Positions 20,601 to 33,231 of a stretch of DNA of 64,000 nt are shown here, piece after piece (the first letter of the stretch is position 1; each line of letters begins with the position of its first letter). The translations under genes and the position numbers were made by a program. Below the pieces are notes generated by a model that was given only the letters and a program-made list of their open reading frames with translations, ran no database searches and was not told the origin of the DNA. This DNA is from Williopsis jadinii (lineage: Eukaryota). The stretch spans positions 558,001 to 622,000 of the forward strand of contig AP024665.1 in the NCBI GenBank assembly GCA_024346625.1, given 5' to 3'.

Positions 20601-22000
20601 TCCTCGATATGTCTCTCAACGACATCACCATACTGGAGTTGTCTGGCCAACTTTTGTCTATCACCATATCTCAAGTTACGACGAGCATCTTCATTCTTCT
20701 TGAGTAAATAATTGGCACCAGGATGGACTGTTGGACCATTCAAAATGAGTTTTTGCAATTTTTCCTTATTATATCTTGTACACTTCTCCGGGTATGTAAG
20801 CACTTTGGCAACCCTGTCTGGGACAGCAACTTCATCGATCGACAAGTTTGGATCCGGGGAGATGACTGTACGGCCAGAGAAATCGACACGTTTACCAGAT
20901 AAATTACCTCTGAAACGACCTTGTTTACCTTTCAATCTTTGACAAAAACCTCTGATCGGTTTTGACGATTTGGAGGCACCACTTGCACCTGGCAGTGCAG
21001 ATGGTGATGCGGCATCTGAATTGATGTACATTGCAACAGACAACTGCAAATAATCCCACTGTTCCATCAAATTATTGACAGATATACCTTTCTCGATACC
21101 AGCTCTGATGAGTGAGCTTACCCAGACAATCTCTGTGAGCTTCACTGTCAGGTCATCTTCATTAGAGGTTGGTGAATCTTGCATTGTCACAGAAGGACGG
21201 ATACAGACTGGAGGGGCGGGCAAGTAAATCCAGATATAGGTTTCTGGTCTACCTCCTCTTCCCGAATCGATACCCAAAAGTTCGCAATCTTCGTTCTTCA
21301 CTTGCTTGAAAAGGTTCAGCACTTTCAAAGGGTTCAAATCATCCATTGATCTTCTAATGAACTTCTCAATATCTGGGTTGTCTATCAATGCTTGTTCAAT
21401 GTCCTTATCCCACTCTGCCTTTTCTAATGTTGGCTTCTTACCAATAAACCTGAAGGTATCATGGACAATCTTCAAGGATGCAGTACCAGAACCTGCTGCT
21501 GCTTTCTTCACAACACCATTAACCGCACCACAGTCGAAACAACGTCTCTGCTTCTTACACTGCTCGAGTATTTTCTTGATGATGCCCATACGTCTCAAGT
21601 TATCGATCCCGGGTCTTCTCAGCTCTTCTCTAAATTTACGCTTGGCCTCTTCATCTATCAGCATAGCGCCACAGCATTTACAAATGGACTGTAGTACCTG
21701 TATAGTGGCCTTGAAGTATCCCACATGGAAGACAGGAAGGGCCAGCTTCAGATGCCCAAAATGTCCATGACATGTAGCCAAGTTCCCGTGGCACACAGCA
21801 CACTCTGCAGAGTTCGAAGAGATACCCATCCTTGTATCGAGCGCACCATTGGACTTAGGAGTACGTCCTTTCTCCAGGTCAAATAGGTCTCTTGTAGCAA
21901 CCTCCACTTCAGACTGTGCGAGGATGTCCTCCTCAGACATGGCTCCAAACTCGATGCCGCTGATTCTCTTTGGGGCAACATCGACAACTGTTTCCTTCAT
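17633..22000 (-). CDS. RPO31: RNA polymerase III largest subunit (C160)
   Basis: 1455 aa; catalytic YNADFDGDEMN, CHGHFGH zinc site and RGFCQRLKGKQGRFRGNLSGKRVDF; no CTD heptads; begins MKE.VV. Confidence 0.97.
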   Translation of the reverse strand: MKETVVDVAPKRISGIEFGAMSEEDILAQSEVEVATRDLFDLEKGRTPKSNGALDTRMGISSNSAECAVCHGNLATCHGHFGHLKLALPVFHVGYFKATIQVLQSICKCCGAMLIDEEAKRKFREELRRPGIDNLRRMGIIKKILEQCKKQRRCFDCGAVNGVVKKAAAGSGTASLKIVHDTFRFIGKKPTLEKAEWDKDIEQALIDNPDIEKFIRRSMDDLNPLKVLNLFKQVKNEDCELLGIDSGRGGRPETYIWIYLPAPPVCIRPSVTMQDSPTSNEDDLTVKLTEIVWVSSLIRAGIEKGISVNNLMEQWDYLQLSVAMYINSDAASPSALPGASGASKSSKPIRGFCQRLKGKQGRFRGNLSGKRVDFSGRTVISPDPNLSIDEVAVPDRVAKVLTYPEKCTRYNKEKLQKLILNGPTVHPGANYLLKKNEDARRNLRYGDRQKLARQLQYGDVVERHIEDGDIVLFNRQPSLHRLSILSHYAKIRPWRTFRLNECVCTPYNADFDGDEMNLHVPQTEEARAEAINLMGVKNNLLTPKSGEPIIAATQDFITGSYLISHKDSFFDRATLVQLLSMMSDAGLQFDIPPPAIQKPHFLWTGKQVFSLLIKPNKTSPVVINLDAKNKTFVPPKKGFPNEMSPNDGFVVIRGSNILSGVMDKSTLGDGKKHSVFYTILRDYGPKEAAAAMNRMAKLCARYLGNRGFSIGINDVTPGHDLKNTKEEMVETAYAKCDELIQLYNKGKLETQPGCNEEQTLEAKIGGLLSKVREEVGEVCINELDSSNAPLIMATCGSKGSTLNVSQMVAVVGQQIISGNRVPDGFQDRSLPHFPKNSKTPQSKGFVRNSFYSGLNPPEFLFHAISGREGLVDTAVKTAETGYMSRRLMKSLEDLSCQYDNTVRTSSNGIVQFTYGGDGLDPFDMEGDAKPVNFNRTWDHSYNITFSNEDSSLLPYQVIEVTETVLKPLEAKLLRYDNVGNLVTGKNADKIEYVDQHDAERDFYQSIRDFIKKKASFMAAVRERKGLQGLLDKPADELALMDLDERASNAALSAVNQLAKISNTCVRKFLEIAILKYSRAKVEPGTAVGAIGAQSIGEPGTQMTLKTFHFAGVASMNVTLGVPRIKEIINASKVISTPIINAVLVNDEDERAARVVKGRIEKTLLSDVAYYIQDVYKDDLSFIQVKIDLKTIERLQLELTIDDIAVAISRAPKLKIAAGDVSVVSRNKININVYTGESKLKSVSTSLKEPHENELFFRMQHLRRVLPNVVVKGLSDISRAVINIRDDGKKELLVEGYGLRDVMCTDGVIGSKTRTNHVLEVVSVLGIEAARASIIGEIDYTMSKHGMSVDPRHIQLLGDVMSYKGEVLGITRFGLSKMRDSVLQLASFEKTTDHLFDASFYMKTDKVEGVSECIILGQTMSIGTGSFKLVKQTAVNESDLVLKPTLFEDLCESIAT

Positions 22001-22363
22001 CCTGTTCTAATTCGTCCGTTACTCTCGCCGTGTATTAGTAAGAACTCCTTTTCTCTCAAGAATTTGGTAAGCCAGAAGGTAACAGATGTCCGTCTCTATT
22101 TCGTTTTACGGAAATGTCCAACAAGTTTACCGCTGTGTCCAATTGAAACCGCTGAATCGATGAGCTGTTTTGAAGGGACAAATACAAAAAAAATTTGTCC
22201 TCGCGATGAAGAGGAAAAAAAGTGCCTTTCTGCCAAATCCATCACGTGCAAATAAAAACGTCCTGTGGCGAAAACCACGCCAAAGGTAAACAGAACGTTC
22301 TCTCTTTGCTTCTCCGTGCTTTGGACAAAGAAACCATTCCCCCATAGAACCCCATCTTATACC

Positions 22364-22659
22364 ATGAGTGAACCGACCAAAGAGACTATTGAAGCTGAGA
22401 AGCAAAAGGTTATCCGCTCTTTGGAAGAGGATGATGAGTTTGAAGACTTCCAAGCTGAGGATTGGCAAGATGCTCAAGCAATGGGCGCCGAATCAGAACA
22501 CGCTCTCTGGGTAGAGGACTGGGATGACAACGATGTGGATGATAACTTCAGCAAAGAGTTGAAGTATGTATGATACTGTGTATCTCCAGTACTAGGGTTT
22601 ATGTGCGTACTAACAGATTTTCAAGACAAGAATTGGCCAAAGTGGCGGCTTCAAAGTAA
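22364..22659 (+). CDS. SEM1: Sem1/DSS1 proteasome lid subunit; exons 22364-22563, 22626-22659
   Basis: LEEDDEFEDF and LW.EDWDD..VDDNFSKELK motifs. Intron GTATGT..TACTAAC..AAG. PACE-like GTGGCGAAA at 22265-22273 upstream. Confidence 0.92.
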
Positions 22660-22819
22660 TGACTGGATAAACGATAATAAAACATGTACACTAATAAATT
22701 TCTTCTACTCTTGATTAAAGCATAAACCGTACAAATCTCTATTTCTCACATAATAATAATCCCATATACATATTTATATTCCATGTTCGTTGTTCACCAG
22801 TTCAGATCTGACCTCAACC

Positions 22820-25207
22820 TCAACTCTTAACGATAGATTCAATCGCATTGAGAAGAGGTTTGTCATAGTTGGCACCAGAACTAAACCTTTTAACTATACC
22901 CAAATACTCTATACCAATCCCACTCAAAAATGTGCGGCACTGCTCCGGTTCTTTCAATGGATCATCAACATTTGTCTGCGATTCACATATAGCAGTTGCG
23001 ATTCTGTTGAAGAGATTGATCAACTCAGTTGTTATTGGTGCGGCTGTAGTATAATGCGACAATATTTCCGTGCACAATTTCAACTCCATCTTGATCTCTG
23101 AAAAGTCCACAGCAGAGGAACAGATGCAATAAACCATCGTGGAGCAATGCGAAACCAGCTTTGATATCATTGGCCACGTCATTGGTAAGGGGAATGCTGC
23201 GTGTAAGTTGTACAGATAGGTGATGTATTGTCCAGCAGTCTTGCCCAATAATTGAAGCGTATCTTTGTTCAGGTCGCTCATGAGGAACGATGGTTTGTAG
23301 AGCAAAAGCAGAAGATGATAATAAGCTGAGTAGTACCACGCTGTGGCAGCAGGATTGGAAATGAGCTTTTTATCACTATAAGCCAGTAAGCTGGTAGTGT
23401 TGTACCAGCTTTCAATCTCCATTCTTAAAGTCTTTATAACATTCAATTTCTCCTCCTCTGTCTTGTAAACCTTACAAGCGTTCACACAATGAACGTGCTT
23501 GATAATGCGTCCTTCAATTGCCCTAAGCTTGACCAAGGCCGTGGTTAACTCGACAGACTCCTTATCGTCACTAATCTGGGCTTCTGGAAAAGCCACATCC
23601 ACATTATCATCATCAAGAGCAAAAGGTCTTCCCAATGCACCGGCCACTGTTCGATCATATGTGTAAATACTCCAAAACAATCTATTTCTCCATTCTGATT
23701 CACCAGATGACTCTTGTAAACTGTTATCCAACCCCAAACTGAGGGCAAGACGGGTTAAAACACCATCTAAATACCAAGAAACTTGAGGATCCTTATCCAA
23801 TAGAGCAAGTAGTCCAAACAACAAAATCTTGTAGACACTGTCTAAAGTTTCAAACTGTTTGATATTTTCAATTGTGGATTGCACCTTTAGTCGAATTGTA
23901 TCAGACAGCTCCGCATCTGGTGCAATGTCTCCGTTCAAGGTTAACGACGTATAACCTAACAAAATAGCCATTATCAATTCAAACCCATCTGAATCATCCT
24001 CCGACATTGCCTTGTGAAACTTCTCCGACAACGGTGAGTGACGTTGTTTGAACTTTGTATTGTCAAAACATGGATAGTTCCTTGCAAACACTTCAAAGAA
24101 TGTCTTGAGAGATTTATCCAACACTTCGGCGGACAAGTTCACACTAGCATATCTCTGCGAAAGCGAAAAATCGCGCGCTTGTGAATCAGTTGCTATGTTG
24201 ATCACCTTTGATAGGTATGCTTGGTGCAACTCATTAGGGGTCATTGGGGAAATGGACTTTTCCGATCTGGCATGAGGCTGTGATGCTTGTGGAGGTGAAC
24301 GATATGGAGCCTGAGATGTCACTTGAGCCTGAGCATGCTGCTGGAACGCTTGCTGTTGGTACTGTTGACTTTCTTGTTGATGTTGCGGTTGCGCCTGTGG
24401 TTGCGGCTGTGGTTGTTTTTGCTGTTGTGGTGGTGGTACCTGTGAGAGCTGTGGTGGATGTGGAGTCGGCGCTTGTTGGAAAAACGCCGGTTGATATCCT
24501 GTTAAAGATCTTATTGGCGGTAAAGATGGCTTAGCCCCTAACTTGAATAGTCTTTGAGATTGGCTATCGGCGTATTGACCAGGTAATGGTTGTGGTAATG
24601 GAAGGGTTGATTCCCTGGCAATAAAAGGCAGAGCCGAGTGCTGTGGCAAGTTCTGTCCCAAAGGCGGTTGTGATTGTTGTTTTTGCTGCTGTAGTTGTTG
24701 TTGACGTTGGGAATCAAACCCTTGATCATATCGGTAGATCCCATTTCTTTGTAGTTTTTCATCGTTCGTGACAAGTGCAGGTAGACCTATGGCGGTTTGT
24801 TGTTGTACTTGAGCCTGGCTTTGCGCTCTAGCTGCTGCTGCCGCTGCTGTGGCAGCTTCGTGTTCAGCATTGGCAGCTAAACTCTTGAGGATCTCGGATT
24901 TCTTTCTTCTCGGTGCCCTTGGAACGTACTCACAAGATTCTCCAGCCTTTGCGCAGTTATGGCACTCCGGCTTTGTTCGGGAACACTTCTTCTTCAACCT
25001 TCTACAGCGCTTACAAGAGTAAGAATGGCGTTCACCGTTGAACCCCTGATTACTCCCCTGTGAGACACCAGTATATGAAGAGCTTGCAGTTTCTGGCGAA
25101 GACGATGGTGATACCACTCCGCGCGGGTTCCCGTTGGGCATCATAGGAAACGATAGCGACGTTGAATGTGAGGTGAGAACTTGTGTACTGTCCATCTGAT
25201 GTGGCAT
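22820..25207 (-). CDS. Zn2Cys6 transcription factor, STB5-like
   Basis: YSCKRCRRLKKKCSRTKPECHNCAKAGESCEY.PRAPRR closely resembles the Stb5 DNA-binding domain. Q/P-rich linker and middle homology region RLFWSIYTYDR.VA..LGRP. Confidence 0.88.
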   Translation of the reverse strand: MPHQMDSTQVLTSHSTSLSFPMMPNGNPRGVVSPSSSPETASSSYTGVSQGSNQGFNGERHSYSCKRCRRLKKKCSRTKPECHNCAKAGESCEYVPRAPRRKKSEILKSLAANAEHEAATAAAAAARAQSQAQVQQQTAIGLPALVTNDEKLQRNGIYRYDQGFDSQRQQQLQQQKQQSQPPLGQNLPQHSALPFIARESTLPLPQPLPGQYADSQSQRLFKLGAKPSLPPIRSLTGYQPAFFQQAPTPHPPQLSQVPPPQQQKQPQPQPQAQPQHQQESQQYQQQAFQQHAQAQVTSQAPYRSPPQASQPHARSEKSISPMTPNELHQAYLSKVINIATDSQARDFSLSQRYASVNLSAEVLDKSLKTFFEVFARNYPCFDNTKFKQRHSPLSEKFHKAMSEDDSDGFELIMAILLGYTSLTLNGDIAPDAELSDTIRLKVQSTIENIKQFETLDSVYKILLFGLLALLDKDPQVSWYLDGVLTRLALSLGLDNSLQESSGESEWRNRLFWSIYTYDRTVAGALGRPFALDDDNVDVAFPEAQISDDKESVELTTALVKLRAIEGRIIKHVHCVNACKVYKTEEEKLNVIKTLRMEIESWYNTTSLLAYSDKKLISNPAATAWYYSAYYHLLLLLYKPSFLMSDLNKDTLQLLGKTAGQYITYLYNLHAAFPLPMTWPMISKLVSHCSTMVYCICSSAVDFSEIKMELKLCTEILSHYTTAAPITTELINLFNRIATAICESQTNVDDPLKEPEQCRTFLSGIGIEYLGIVKRFSSGANYDKPLLNAIESIVKS

Positions 25208-28200
25208 AATCTCCGGTAGGTATACACTTAGAATGGACTCCAGGTGTCTATAGCCAGATGATTATATCAACAAGGAGAAAGAACCCTCAAAAATTTCCGT
25301 ATGCCCTGTTTTTTGGTCTAGAGTGGGAAACGAGTTGCTCTTGGAGAAACTTCCTCTTGAAACCGTACGGTGCTGCTGGTATTAATTTCGTTTCGTGGTA
25401 TGGAACGCGGGACGGCAATAAGCAAACGTTTGTCGGACTTCCAGTCGGGAATTTTTTTTCCTCAGATGCTCGACGACGTTATAAAGGGAAAGAACAAAAA
25501 TAGCCCCTATACAAGCGGGAAAAGGCTAAGAGACTAGGATAAGCCTGTATCTGTTTAACCCGAGAAAATGACACCCATTTGATGTGCTGGACTTGTTCAT
25601 GGTTACATATTCCACATGTCCCGTCTTGTAAACAACAAACTCTGGCGTGAATCGGCGTATAAACAGGAAGTGTACTCCCATGGGCGGAGTTTGAACCCCT
25701 CCCTCCTATCACGTTTCGGCAGTGCTAAACTTACTTATATCCATTTAGGTTGGATAAACAGAAGTTTCTACACACACTTTCGGGTTTGGTGGAGCAGCAT
25801 CAACGATGTGTTCACAATACATCCATGTTGCTTTGTCCTTTCCTCTACGAGCCGACAACCCAAACATGGCGAGTCGACCTTTCCCCGTGCAAAGTTCATC
25901 CAATAAAAACTGCTATATGTAGGGTTCGTCATTTTGCTTTCATGTGCACCTCCTGCAGAGTGCTAAAGTAGGCTGTACCCACACAATGTCAAAAAGCGGT
26001 ATAATTTTTGATCGCCGACAGCTGTCCGAAGAGCCGACGCTCCCGGTCAGACCGCTTAGTTTTTCTGCCCAGGCCGTTCAAATTTCTATCACATCGCAAA
26101 TGCATCTTTCAACCGCGGGCGGAGCGTCGCGGAAGTGATCGTTAGGTTGGTGCAACCGATGACAAGAGCCCTGGCTAGAACATTGAACTGTTTAAAAGTG
26201 GTAGCTCTGTTAACCCCTATACTCGAAAGGCGAAATATAAGTGTGAGCCGTGAGTCCGCAATTGTCCGGCTCTTGAAAACCTATCGCCAAATACCCCTGG
26301 TTTGGGTATGAAGAGAGGTGTTACTGTTGGACTGTGAGTAGAGGTGAGATCACTTGAGAACGATCGCGGGTTAAAACCCCTTCCCACCACAGCGGACAAG
26401 GGTTTGGAAAAGGACTTTTTTGCCTCAATATCATGTCATAAAAGAAGAACCAGTTAACATATATACAAGTGCAAATCGAGTAAAAGTTGGGTAAAAAATA
26501 ATATGTGTATCCCGCTCACTCTAGTCGTGGCTAGAAAGTGAAGTGTCATATCCTGTACAAAAAGCTTCTGCTAATCGGCTATATTTACTAGGATGATGTG
26601 AATAAAACATTTTCTGATTTTACCGAAAACCATAACCGTCATCCCGGCAGTGATACAGAACAAGTGTATCCCCTAATAAGAAGCTAACTGTAAAGGGGCT
26701 TCAGCACGCATAGGATTTACCCAATACTTATCATAGCATCGATGCCATGAATAATAAAAATCTCTAACATTAGTTCTTGTTGGCGAAGGTCCTGGCTAGT
26801 CATATCATGGGTTAAGGACTAATCAGTCCTCATTAATGCATGCACTCAAAATTTTACAAAGTTACGTGGGTTAACCCACATCATTGAGTGAATCATATTT
26901 TGTAGAGTTCCCCAAATATTACTGAGGACCTGTTTGAGTGGAGGCTAGATTCACCCGGCCCCATAGCCTGTGGAGAGTCAAGTTGCTTTAAAATGCTGTA
27001 GTTAGGTGTATTTGCTGCGCTGCAATGGATATTGGGACATTGAAGTACGTGATAGTACGGTAGCCTGCTTGTTGAACTAGCAGCCTCAATATCTCCACAG
27101 GTACTAATTAGCAAGAGGCCTCAATTGGCTCCAGTGTATACATGAGACACATTTCGCCTTCGACTTTTCATACGTACAACAGCATCCAGCATTGGTACAA
27201 GGCCATAATTACAAAGGGTTCCAACTATTGCCCAAAAAAGTGCTCTTTTGTAGACTTTTGCGCCAAATGTGAAACTGTTGTCATGGCACGAAAAGGCACA
27301 GCAAAATGACAGCAAACCTGATTTGCGGCAGGAAAAGTGTCCGGTATGGACAATTCAAGCTGTGATATTTGACCTTCTGATTCGATTTTCGAAGATATCA
27401 CTGAATTATATCAGCTGTGATTTACTTGTAACACTTTACAGTGATCACATTCTTTTTGGAATACGATAACATGAAACATGGATCCTCAATATCCCAGTGC
27501 CTCTCTACAATGGTTTTAAAGGTACTCCTTGAACCATTATAGTTCTTCTTCATAAAGTTCCTAGAACTTAACCTTCATCTCTTATATTTCTGAATTCTAT
27601 TGTTATTAAGATTATTCTAATTGTCATTATCGTATCAACTATTCTGCTAACCATACCGTGCGAAAGGAACAATATACATCCTACTGTTAGTGAAAGAAAT
27701 AATGTGGTGTCGATATAACTGGAAACATTAAGCTGAATCCGAAGAGCACATCATCAAGTGTCTTGTCGTATCTCAGTAAGACACACACAAGGAGTGTGTT
27801 GATGCTCCTCTAATGAACTCACTATCTTTTTGCCGTCTCTAAAGAGCACAAAATGGCACATTTTCATGAATGTATGTTTAATACGCTACATAGTTACGAC
27901 TAGTTCAAGTAACATTTATACTTATAGTCGGTCGCCCTGTTGTGCGTGCCTTTTAATACTGCATATATATAAGCTTCTAGAATAATAAGCCTAATTTGAT
28001 ACACAAGCTATTTTGGTTCCATTTTCTGTAAATTATATGTCCCATGTCTATTGGATCTCCCTATAACCTTCATGATTCATTGATTATCGTAAATGCCTCC
28101 AACAATCTTCTGTTTCCAAGATTAAGACCTTTCTGTGTAACACCAATATGACACATAACCTAACAGTTAGCTCCAGCTCAGAATTTGGAGCCCTGTATCA

Positions 28201-31200
28201 ATATTAAGGTAAGCACCATTTGTTCCAGAACCCAGTCCATATATTATTCAAGTTGTCATCCTACTAGCCCAGGGTACAATGGCAATGTATGAGATGCATG
28301 ATCAGCCAATCAACTAAGTAAATTGATCGTTTTCCGTGATAGAGAGACTTTAACCAGCATTCATATAAACGCACCACTGTGTATAGGATAAAAGTAGCAA
28401 CTCCAACTCAGTAATAATTCATTGTGCCCATTTATTTTTTCCACATTCAATCTCTTGAATTACAGTAACATTATTAGGTGGAGACTACATGGGATGCAGA
28501 AAACTTAATTTCGTCTCACGATTAGGAAATCACCCAATGAATAATTTATCAAAACAGAAACAGAAACAGTTAGCTAAGTGCACATTTATCAAAGCAGAAA
28601 GCACATGCTGTGAATGAACTTCTGTATGCGAATGTTAAGATATAAATGAGGTATTTCTCTAATTTACACTGATAAAAGTGAAAACTCACAATTTACAGCT
28701 GCATTGTAACATAACGAGCAACGGGAGTCACGGGTATGCAAGAAAGAATTTCAATCAACACATGTAGATTGTATATAGCAACATGCACCTGGTTTAAAAT
28801 TGATACATCTCAAGACATGTTCATTGCCGAGTCTCTGGTGGAGGACTCTCAACCAAGAGCATCGGTTGAATCTTCGCCCGGTTAAGGATTCAGTAAACAC
28901 TACACATCGCGGTAAATACATCTTTCTGAGAACTCAAACTGTAATGCGGTATAGAATATAACCATGCATCACATCGAATTGGTCCTTAGAAAGGCAATTT
29001 TAAGGTATTTGGATCCATATGCACCTGGTAGAGAGAAAGTAATAGGGATCTGTGGGTATTTCCATGAAAAGGCTAAAGTATAATAAACTCTTTAGTTTGT
29101 CAAGGTCATTCGTGTTGTTATCTGTTTCAATAGGTACACATATAACGTTTGAGTGCTCTTAACTCCCAAGTTGAAGAATTGTGTAGTTTGGACGGTAACA
29201 GCGTTCCGGTTTTGAGCCATAACCAACCAAGAAGAGGATTAAGAACAGAATGGACTGTAATATCTAACATCCTACGACAATATTGGCGGGCACTTCTACA
29301 CCTATATATGCCATCAATGGGGAAATTAGATATTCAAAATGAAACAAAAACATATAAAAAATCACCAATTGAACCGAGCTGAACCCGAGAATGCAGTAGA
29401 AGTCAAGTTCATTGTAGTTTTGGCGATCAGCTGTCAACATGTTTTATAAACCGCGTTGTAAGACTGGGTATCAACTTTTCCTGCACGGTAGCTTTTGTAA
29501 TTTATATTGTACCACGTACATATCCCCCAGCCCCGTGACACTGGAGCACAAGATTTTGATATCGAGTTCATAAACGATGGTGACTGGAAGGTGTGAGGCG
29601 GCAATTAGCAAAAAGTGCACCGGCTGAGTTCCACTCTGTGATAAATCATGATTATTGCAGGTGGAGATCTTAGTGATTATTGATATCAAAAATTAGTTCA
29701 CGGCAAGACTAAATATCATACCACGCACTACACATGAGAATTAACAACTCACATGAAAGAACATGATTCAGGTGGCCACTACATTTACCTCCCGTTTGCC
29801 GAAGTGAACCTACAAGTAATTGTGGACGTTGCAGAAATTCGAGCAACTAGATGCGGTCGGTGAGCAGCCACTGAAATAGGACATTAGTCATAGGGGGCGC
29901 GGACTTCAATTTGACACGTTGCACGTCGCACTACACACAATATACTTCATATGTGGAATTAGAAGCAAGAATGACGATCAATCACTCTATTTTCGTACTT
30001 CATTTTGAGTTGTCAAAATAACACATGTAGCGTCTCCACTATCGGTTTGTCATGATTACCAATTTTGCCAACTAACTTAACTTTACAGTTGTGGACAAAT
30101 AAAAAGACAATACTGTATCGAGATAGAATACATCAGGGCCACTGGGGCTAAGCGGATATGCAATATTATGCCGTTGACCTGTTTCACATCTACCTAAAGA
30201 TCTAGATTAAAGCTTCTCTGTAGTAACAGTGAAACCCCGGCTCAATTTTCAGCAGAGTTGTCACCGGACGCTAGCTAGAGGACCTAATTAGTATTGGACG
30301 ACTCTGGAAAATTGAACATTAGGTATGGGCAGTGGCATTCTGGATATGCTGTTTCAATTGTCACTTTTTCTTTTTGACTTTGGCTAATATTCCCTAAAGG
30401 CGGACAGTTGTCCTTAATCAATAAAAGAAAGTTGCCACTAGCAGAGACACCTTGATCGTTCTTGTACATAGTACATATGTAGTGAAGAATCTAGATATGG
30501 AATTTGGAAGTCCAGTGGATACCGCAATATTAATTATATACCAGTCGGATATAGTATTAACTGTCAAAAACATGAGCACAAGCTTGGAGGGAATGAAATA
30601 ATCCACCAGTGCTTTCTTCTTGGGAACCCAAACTATACATCCACATCTAATGCTATAGATACGTAAAGTTATGTCCTGTTTGCTATTATGAAATATATCC
30701 TTGGGGACAATACAGTTGAGCTTCATGTGCATTGTGCATATTTCTCCGACGATATCTCTGAACGACATATGCCATGGTCGTGTCGATCAAGTTGTGTGAT
30801 ATGTACCATAGACGTTGTTTTTTCTTTTTTTAAAGAGTAAGTACGGCATATGCATACATGTGTATATGTATAATACATACATACCTCTACATGCTACATA
30901 CCACAGATATATTCTCGAACTCTGATATTTCTGTGGGTGGAGGAATATACAGCAGCTAGCCATTGGCTATACATTCATAAGCCTTGCTGTGAGGCTTCTC
31001 GCAGCTGATTTGTCCTCCCATCCCAATCGTGCCATAATCTAATTATTTTCTTGCAAATTACCTCACGTTCATGATTGAATGGTACATGACGCCTTTCTTA
31101 AGACAGGTATCTCTATGGACGAGGCTCTCTTTCCTGGCTCATTTCCCTGCCGCCTTCCTGAATGCGGTTTGACTTGCCATGCAAATGCTACCCAGTTTTA

Positions 31201-33231
31201 TCTAGTATTAGATTTTTCTGGAGCTCAATGCTCAATTCTTACAGTTAACTGTTCAGGGGCTTGGGTATACTCCGAAACACTCGGTCCAAACCTCAAACTC
31301 TTGGAGGCGTCTTCACTACTTTAAATTTAACAGACAAAAGGGCTTCATTCAGAAAAATGATCCCGTTATAGAGTGCAAGAGCCTCATAGCAGTACATGTA
31401 CCTCGAACAGCATGCACACCCATTAAACCAAGTTATTGTTGGAATTTATAGCTAGGAGACAAAATATAATAGGTCAGCGTTACCCCTCCTTTCAAGTTCT
31501 CCATGCAAAGTTGTATCAGGTCAAATGAAGTCTACGACATTGAAAATCATGCCTTTGAGGGAACTTAAAATTGAAGATGGATAATTAACCCTAACTATTG
31601 ACTACATATGTACGGATAATGTTTGCTGTGATAGGCGCTTTGGACCGAGTATCGAGATTTTGAGTGGTGGACCGAGGTATGTATGATTTGTGCATCATGA
31701 ACACCGTACATATGTCAGCTACGCAGATCCCATTTCGAATACTGACCATAACTTACTCAGTCCTATACCCAATGTTCGTAAATGTGCTAGACGTCGACTT
31801 CACTCTATAAGGTTTTAACCATCCACAAATACCTGTATAATACCTGTATAATACCTTCAACTGCGGAATCTCGCCCCAAAATAATCTTTTAAGCCGTATC
31901 GGAATGTCCTGGGTCGTTGTGTGATAGGTCTATAACATCATACTACCCTCATTCCGTTGAAAGTTTTGAAACTCAGGTGCATGTAGCCTGTGGTTGCAAA
32001 AAAAAAAAAAGAAAAAAAAGAAAGAAAAAGATCTGCACAATAAGACACTGCATTGACGTGAGAAACCTGACAAAAACCTGAAGTGCAGATTAAATAATTT
32101 GACTGAACAGGCCTATGTAAAATAGAAACCAAATAGAGAATTTCAAAACAAAGTTGGAAATAATTTATACCATGGTAGTCATGTATCACTAGTCTATGTA
32201 TTGTTCACTATTCCTCTAAGGTCCCTAGTTCTCTCTAAGGCTGTTCAAGATCATTTCTATTCACAGGAGTTCAACTCAGTGACTGTATAGTGGGTAAGCA
32301 TTGTGAAATTCGAATTGGGAGTGAAGGACCAAATTCTTCAAGCAAATGCAGTAGGGTATATGAGAAGTAAACTTGATCACCTGCCCACTGAACAGCCGGG
32401 TGAAACGATAATGAACATGTCCCCATCCCTCTTTGTCTTCAAGGCTTCAGGACACACTTTCAGTGAGCAGAACTTCAAGTATCAGTATTGATGTATCTAA
32501 GATTGCCAATTTTTTTGTACTAACTTAGGGAGAATTATCAGGACTCACACAAGACCAGTCCAGGTACCTTGAAGTGTAAGGGATCAGAAATATTAATCTG
32601 TGTAACTTATAACTTATTATTCGTAACTTGCAACTGGTAACTTGTGGATTTATGACAGGATACAACACACCGCAGATAGAAGTGATTAGATGTATACATA
32701 TACGTAGTACATGACTAGTAGCCAGAAAGGCCGGAACCGGTGCTGTTTGGAATAACTGTACGTCAATCTGTTACATTCAGAGATTCAAAAGATACAACTG
32801 AGTGGGCATGTACATATAAACTTGCAACAGCTTTACATGATGTACAAGTTAAAACTCCTGCAAATCTCTCAACCTTAAAACAAACTCCAAAAAACGAAAA
32901 AAGAAAAAGAAAAGAAAGAAAATCTTGTTTGCCGAAATTTTGCGGATCTTTCCACTTCAGGAAAGTCATAACATCTGGCGAAAAAATAAAAGGTTTGGTC
33001 TAACTTTTGTATGCAGTAGTTCCTACATGAAAAAGGTCTTGGGGAACATCTAAGCCAGTAGTGAAGTGCGGCAAATCAAATCATATAAAACTCTTGAGGC
33101 ATCCCACTCTCTCCTGTCCCTCATTGGTTTTTACTACTTCAGCGTTTTTCATTGTCATCTCCTACTTGAGGTATTATCCTGTCTGTATAGATTAGGACAG
33201 GGGAGGTAAAAGTTCTAGAATTACAAAAGTC
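25208..33231. other. ~8 kb gene-free divergent intergenic region (STB5-like / CUP9-like)
   Basis: Only short ORFs (<=116 aa) with no recognisable domains or codon bias. Poly(A) tracts near 31998 and 32888; TATAAAA at 33084. Confidence 0.7.

Noticed and set aside
31828..31856. 11-bp tandem duplication AATACCTGTAT x2.6
   Set aside because: Simple slippage-type duplication; no array or spacer structure (not CRISPR-like).
32249..32261. AGATCATTTCTAT resembling U3 snoRNA box A
   Set aside because: No recognisable boxes B, C or D or U3-like context; likely chance.
25258..33003. Many 60-116 aa ORFs in the large intergenic region
   Set aside because: Many start at GTG/TTG, with no motifs or codon bias; number and size fit chance. 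Micro-genes cannot be fully excluded without Ribo-seq.
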